From positions 6,861 through 70,860 of the forward strand of contig JALNZW010000001.1 in the NCBI GenBank assembly GCA_023229115.1: DNA of 64,000 nucleotides, read 5' to 3'. Made by a program: the position numbers and the translations under genes. Below the pieces are notes generated by a model that had not been told where the DNA came from, made no database searches, and saw only the letters and a program-made list of their open reading frames with translations. Below are positions 61,801-64,000 of the stretch, piece after piece. Each line of letters starts with the position of its first letter. The stretch's first letter is position 1. The stretch is from Patescibacteria group bacterium (GTDB lineage Bacteria; Patescibacteriota; Patescibacteriia; Patescibacteriales; UBA12465).

Positions 61801-61931
61801 CTAAACTTCGTTTAACTGTTAAAAAGATACTGATGAAATATGGTTATCCTCCTGATTTAGCCAGAATTGAAGCGGATAGAGTTTTGGAACAAGGTGAATT
61901 GTTGGCAAGTGAATTAACAAGATTAAAGTAA
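58803..61931 (+). CDS. hsdR: type I restriction endonuclease subunit R
   Basis: LDVVIFVNGIPLVVVELKS, WHTQGSGKS, DEAHRSQ and QAIARVNR. Confidence 0.95.
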   Translation: MTTLNESNIEQNLIDLLTAQGYMYFYGPDIAPYSANPQRESFASVVLESHLKESLKRLNPDIPESARQEACQQIVNLGSQDLMANNEKFHNFLTDGITVEYFKDGNTKGINVKLLDLENIENNSFWAVNQFVIKENNNEKRLDVVIFVNGIPLVVVELKSAIDEKATLDRAFTQIQNYKKAVPSIFYYNSLCVISDGIDARSSSISAPFSRYLAWKSPEKIENGKLTEMQIMVERMLNKEVLLRLVRYNTVFEEEEIKDEKTGLLSVIKVKKIAAYHQYYAVEKAIRETLRATNSDIGDRKVGVVWHTQGSGKSLSMVFYTGQIVVQPEMKNPTIVILTDRNDLDDQLFGTFGNCKQLLRQTPVQAENREHLKELLKVSGGGIVFTTIQKFAPSEGNVYETLSERSNIVVVADEAHRSQYGFKGREVETEDGSEIRYGNAKYLRDALPKASFIGFTGTPIEKEDRSTRNVFGDEIDIYDIKQAVDDGATVPINYESRLVKIRLNKEVVDKIDYAVDEIPGATEEQKEKAKKKNAKIDAIVGHPERLQDISKDIVSHFEARQKTFEGKAMVVCMTRQIAVWLYQEIINLRPDWHSEDLDKGNIKIVMTSSSDDPESFQSHHTSKSDRKKLANRFKNENDELNIVIVQSMWLTGFDVPCLHTMYIDKKMQGANLMQAIARVNRVYKDKPGGLIVDYIGIGQDLRNAMGVYIKSGGEGEAVLDIAEIIAGMKTKFEIVEQMFHGFEYKKYFKSENNEKLKIILGATNFILQDEKLKNRFIAEITALSKLFAMAVPSFESEQIRDEVAFFQSIKARINKFTPSGGKSDKQVETAVKQIVDEALASDGVVDIFEAAGVKTPTLDILSEEFLLEVKNMEQKNLAFELLRKLLNDEVKIRKRKNMTQGKIFSEMLENIIKKYHNNQIDTAQVIQELSEIAREMKLEDKKAEDIGLTPEEYAFYSVLSENDSTKFLEDHKMKELIHVIVDIIRKNATVDWEKREDVRAKLRLTVKKILMKYGYPPDLARIEADRVLEQGELLASELTRLK

Positions 61932-61951
61932 ATAGATAATTACAGACATTG

Positions 61952-61978
61952 AAAAACGAGGCAACGCCTCGTTTTTTT
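61952..61978 (+). terminator. rho-independent terminator of hsdR
   Basis: AAACGAGGC-aac-GCCTCGTTT followed by TTTT. Confidence 0.8.
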
Positions 61979-62040
61979 GTTGTAGACAAGATGTAGGTAA
62001 CTATTCTTTACTTTTAGGCTATTTTAAGCTATATTTTAAG

Positions 62041-62185
62041 TGCGAAACCACAATTGAATATTCCGAAAGAAGCATGAAACATGCTGTCATTTGTATACAG
62101 GAACGGGCACTCCGACCCTATACAAGTGGCAGTCTTTCGGGACACCAATTGTGGTTTCGCAACCAAGGTCGGGTGTCCGTTTTTG
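62041..62185 (+). ncRNA. unclassified highly structured RNA-like element (candidate cis-regulatory leader or sRNA)
   Basis: A 16-bp closing helix (62041-56/62146-61), an 8-10-bp P2 (62063-70/62133-40), a hairpin at 62071-85, and a 12-bp P3 (62086-97/62119-30). A terminator-like hairpin plus T-run (62140-62184) overlaps the 3' strands. G-U pairs favour the + strand. Confidence 0.5.
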
Positions 62186-62240
62186 TTTATTAGAGCCTTG
62201 CCTTATCTAATAAATTAATTAGCCATAAGGCTACAAAGTT

Positions 62241-62822
62241 ATGACTACAACACCTGTTGAATTATTTTTCAACATCATAATTTTCTCATTTCTAATTATT
62301 GGTTTGGTTAAACCAAGTATATTAGAAAAAGTTTTTAAAAGAAAAATGACTAGAGGAAAGACAATCCTTTATAGTTTTTTAGCTTTTTTTGCATTAACCA
62401 TGGTTACAATGGATTGGAGTTCTACTGAAACTACAAACAATAATCAAGTAAATAATGGATATGGATTAGTTTCAGGACAAGATTTAGTTATAGAAGAACC
62501 TAAAGAGCCAGAGTATCTTTTACAAGTGGAAAGTTTTAACTGCTATGAAGAATATGGTTACTTCCACATTACTGGGGAAGTAACCAATATCTCCAATCGT
62601 TCTTTAAGTAATATTGAGGCCGTTGGTGGTATGTATACTGATGAAGGGGAATTTGTTAAGTCAGACTCTGCTTTAATAGACTATAATCCTGTCCTAAGTA
62701 ATCAAACATCTCCATTTTCTATTATATCAACAATGAATCCAGCTATTAGTAAGTGCAATGTTAATTTTAAGACTTTAATGGGTGGGACAATTGCAACTAA
62801 AAGTGCAGATGATTCAGAGTAG
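62241..62822 (+). CDS. membrane protein with an extracytoplasmic FxLYD-like beta domain
   Basis: Two N-terminal TM segments. The C-terminal FHITGEVTNISNRSLSNIEAVGGMYTDEGEFV resembles FxLYD-type domains. Confidence 0.5.
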   Translation: MTTTPVELFFNIIIFSFLIIGLVKPSILEKVFKRKMTRGKTILYSFLAFFALTMVTMDWSSTETTNNNQVNNGYGLVSGQDLVIEEPKEPEYLLQVESFNCYEEYGYFHITGEVTNISNRSLSNIEAVGGMYTDEGEFVKSDSALIDYNPVLSNQTSPFSIISTMNPAISKCNVNFKTLMGGTIATKSADDSE

Positions 62823-63341
62823 TTAACCTCTTACAAGGATTTTGCTATTATCAACGTCATCATCTTCATCATCGTCGTCATCATTAGAGTTGTCATGCCA
62901 CATTGCGAATCTTTTATTTATTTCTTCAGCCTTTTCTTTACTGATTTCTCCTGGCTTACTTTCTTCAGAGTCCTTAATCTGTAGAGGGAAGAAATATTCA
63001 TGATGTCTTCTGCTAAGATGATATTTAATCATACCGCTATCACCCATATTTATTTTTTCTATTAGTTTACTTTTAGCTAAGTCATTTATAATATCATTAC
63101 CAATAGAAGTTGCCTCTTTTACTCTTTTACTAAATTCAATATCTTCTCGCATCCAACGATATATTGTTGACCGAGGGACATTTAATTTACGACAGGCAGT
63201 TTCTTTAATTGAACTCTTAGATATTTCTTCTATAAATCTTTCTTTAATTTTCTCTTGTCTACTAATAATGTCTTTGTTATTATATTTTTTCTGAGTATAA
63301 TTTCTTTTAATCTGTGGTTTTGTTGTATTTCTCTTTGTCAT
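62823..63341 (-). CDS. HTH DNA-binding protein with poly-acidic tail (terminase-small-subunit-like or transposase-HTH-like)
   Basis: ACRKLNVPRSTIYRWMRED is an HTH motif. The C-terminus is NSNDDDDDEDDDVDN. The start is set at ATG 63341. Confidence 0.5.
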   Translation of the reverse strand: MTKRNTTKPQIKRNYTQKKYNNKDIISRQEKIKERFIEEISKSSIKETACRKLNVPRSTIYRWMREDIEFSKRVKEATSIGNDIINDLAKSKLIEKINMGDSGMIKYHLSRRHHEYFFPLQIKDSEESKPGEISKEKAEEINKRFAMWHDNSNDDDDDEDDDVDNSKILVRG

Positions 63342-64000
63342 ACAATGAAACATTAGATTTATTAGAATCGTTAATTGCATTGTATTGTTTCCTAATAATT
63401 TCACAGTAATCTTTATCAATCTCTATCATAAGACACTTCCTTTTTGTCTGCTCGCAAGCCAGAAGGGCTCCACCACTTCCACCAAAGGGATCAAATACCA
63501 CATCTCCTACCTTAGAACTATTAAGAATCAATCTTCTTAGTAGTGATATTGGTTTTTGAGTAGGATGAAGTTTGCTCCTGTTTGGTTTTGGGCAAAATAA
63601 GATACTTTTGTCTTTGCTCTTTTTGAATGAATGTCTGCCGTGCCAAGCATAGGCTATAAGTTCGTGTTGGGGTAGATAGTCCAGTCTTCCGATAACAGCG
63701 TTACTTTTTATCCAAATTAAAAGCTGGGAAAAGTATAGACCAACATTTATCATCGCCTGTCTTAAGGCAAATATCATCTTATCTGAATTGAATATATAGA
63801 TAGTATTTTTATTATTTAAAAATGGTATTAAAATTTTTAACCATTTTTCACTAAATGTTATATATTCACTTTCAGTTTGAAGATGATCATTTTCAATCTC
63901 CTTTGGTTTAGCTAGGTTTTGAGTAAAGCCTGCCTTACTCTCAACGTAGGAAACGCCATAGGGTGGGTCAGTTAAAACAATATCTATTTTATCTTCGCCA
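63307..64000 (-). CDS. N4/N6 DNA methyltransferase (PF01555-type), N-terminus beyond the window
   Basis: My translation is open to the window edge. DPPY lies at about 63958-63969 and the AdoMet motif is VFDPFGGSGG. It is longer than the track ORF 63307-63777. Confidence 0.85.
   Translation of the reverse strand, partial: GEDKIDIVLTDPPYGVSYVESKAGFTQNLAKPKEIENDHLQTESEYITFSEKWLKILIPFLNNKNTIYIFNSDKMIFALRQAMINVGLYFSQLLIWIKSNAVIGRLDYLPQHELIAYAWHGRHSFKKSKDKSILFCPKPNRSKLHPTQKPISLLRRLILNSSKVGDVVFDPFGGSGGALLACEQTKRKCLMIEIDKDYCEIIRKQYNAINDSNKSNVSLYDKEKYNKTTD

Larger units (their letters stand above)
52354..64000. mobile_element. integrated genomic island / prophage remnant downstream of tRNA-Ser (right end not in window)
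   Basis: The island is tRNA-adjacent with a duplicated tRNA fragment. It carries a serine integrase, a second complete type I R-M locus, and a phage-type methyltransferase and HTH protein on the opposite strand. Confidence 0.55.

Noticed and set aside
62041-62185. The structured element interpreted as SRP (4.5S) RNA, 6S RNA, a retron msr/msd, or a MITE.
   Set aside because: - **SRP RNA:** the UCC-GAAA-GAAGCA stretch superficially resembles helix 8, but those bases are better used in the perfect 8-bp P2.
- **6S RNA:** the element is too short and lacks a central bubble.
- **Retron:** there is no reverse transcriptase nearby.
- **MITE:** the 16-bp terminal inverted repeats would fit, but no target-site duplication is visible and the interior is densely nested-paired. 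This reading cannot be fully excluded without genome-wide copy counts.

Overview
The window is visibly AT-rich and gene-dense, and almost all genes are on the + strand. Its content fits a reduced, Patescibacteria/CPR-like bacterium, which is inference from gene content only: short hrcA, a type IV pilus/competence cluster, FISUMP-domain and many small membrane proteins, and few biosynthetic genes.

The layout is as follows.
- **1-5.7 kb:** mgtE 3' end and small accessory cassettes. These are an XRE regulator with a membrane partner, a Gp49/HigB-like toxin with an HTH antitoxin, and a P-loop kinase / nucleoside-deoxyribosyltransferase-like / cupin operon.
- **5.7-15.8 kb:** type I R-M locus #1 with an unusual layout. 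The order is half-size hsdS, hsdM, dinD-like gene, 70-aa Cys/His protein, 468-aa coiled-coil/multi-TM protein overlapping hsdS, hsdR, then a DUF45 metallopeptidase.
- **16-21.5 kb:** a decayed accessory patch. It holds two gene stubs, an AbiEi/AbiEii pair and a YdeN-like hydrolase, bracketed by two Ham1/RdgB paralogs.
- **21.5-51.9 kb:** core genes. These are an ECF sigma factor, a DUF5320/DUF134 pair, a CIRCE-controlled hrcA-grpE-hsp20-dnaK-dnaJ operon, tatD, a two-component system, comF, pilMNO-pilB-pilC with four pilin-like genes, ligA and gatCA.
- **52.1-64 kb:** tRNA-Ser(GGA) with a 26-nt duplicated 5' fragment, followed by an integrated island. The island carries a SEC-C protein with an RNxxxH motif, a large serine recombinase, and type I R-M locus #2 with a PIN-like gene between hsdS and hsdR. 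It also carries a highly structured ~145-nt RNA-like element and a phage-like HTH protein plus DNA methyltransferase.

I saw no CRISPR array and no rRNA.

The best candidates for undescribed biology are:
- the passenger genes wired into the two type I R-M operons (9324-10730 and 57754-58776);
- the SEC-C/HEPN-like protein (52470-53372);
- the structured RNA (62041-62185).

All family calls come from motif recognition by eye. No database search was run.
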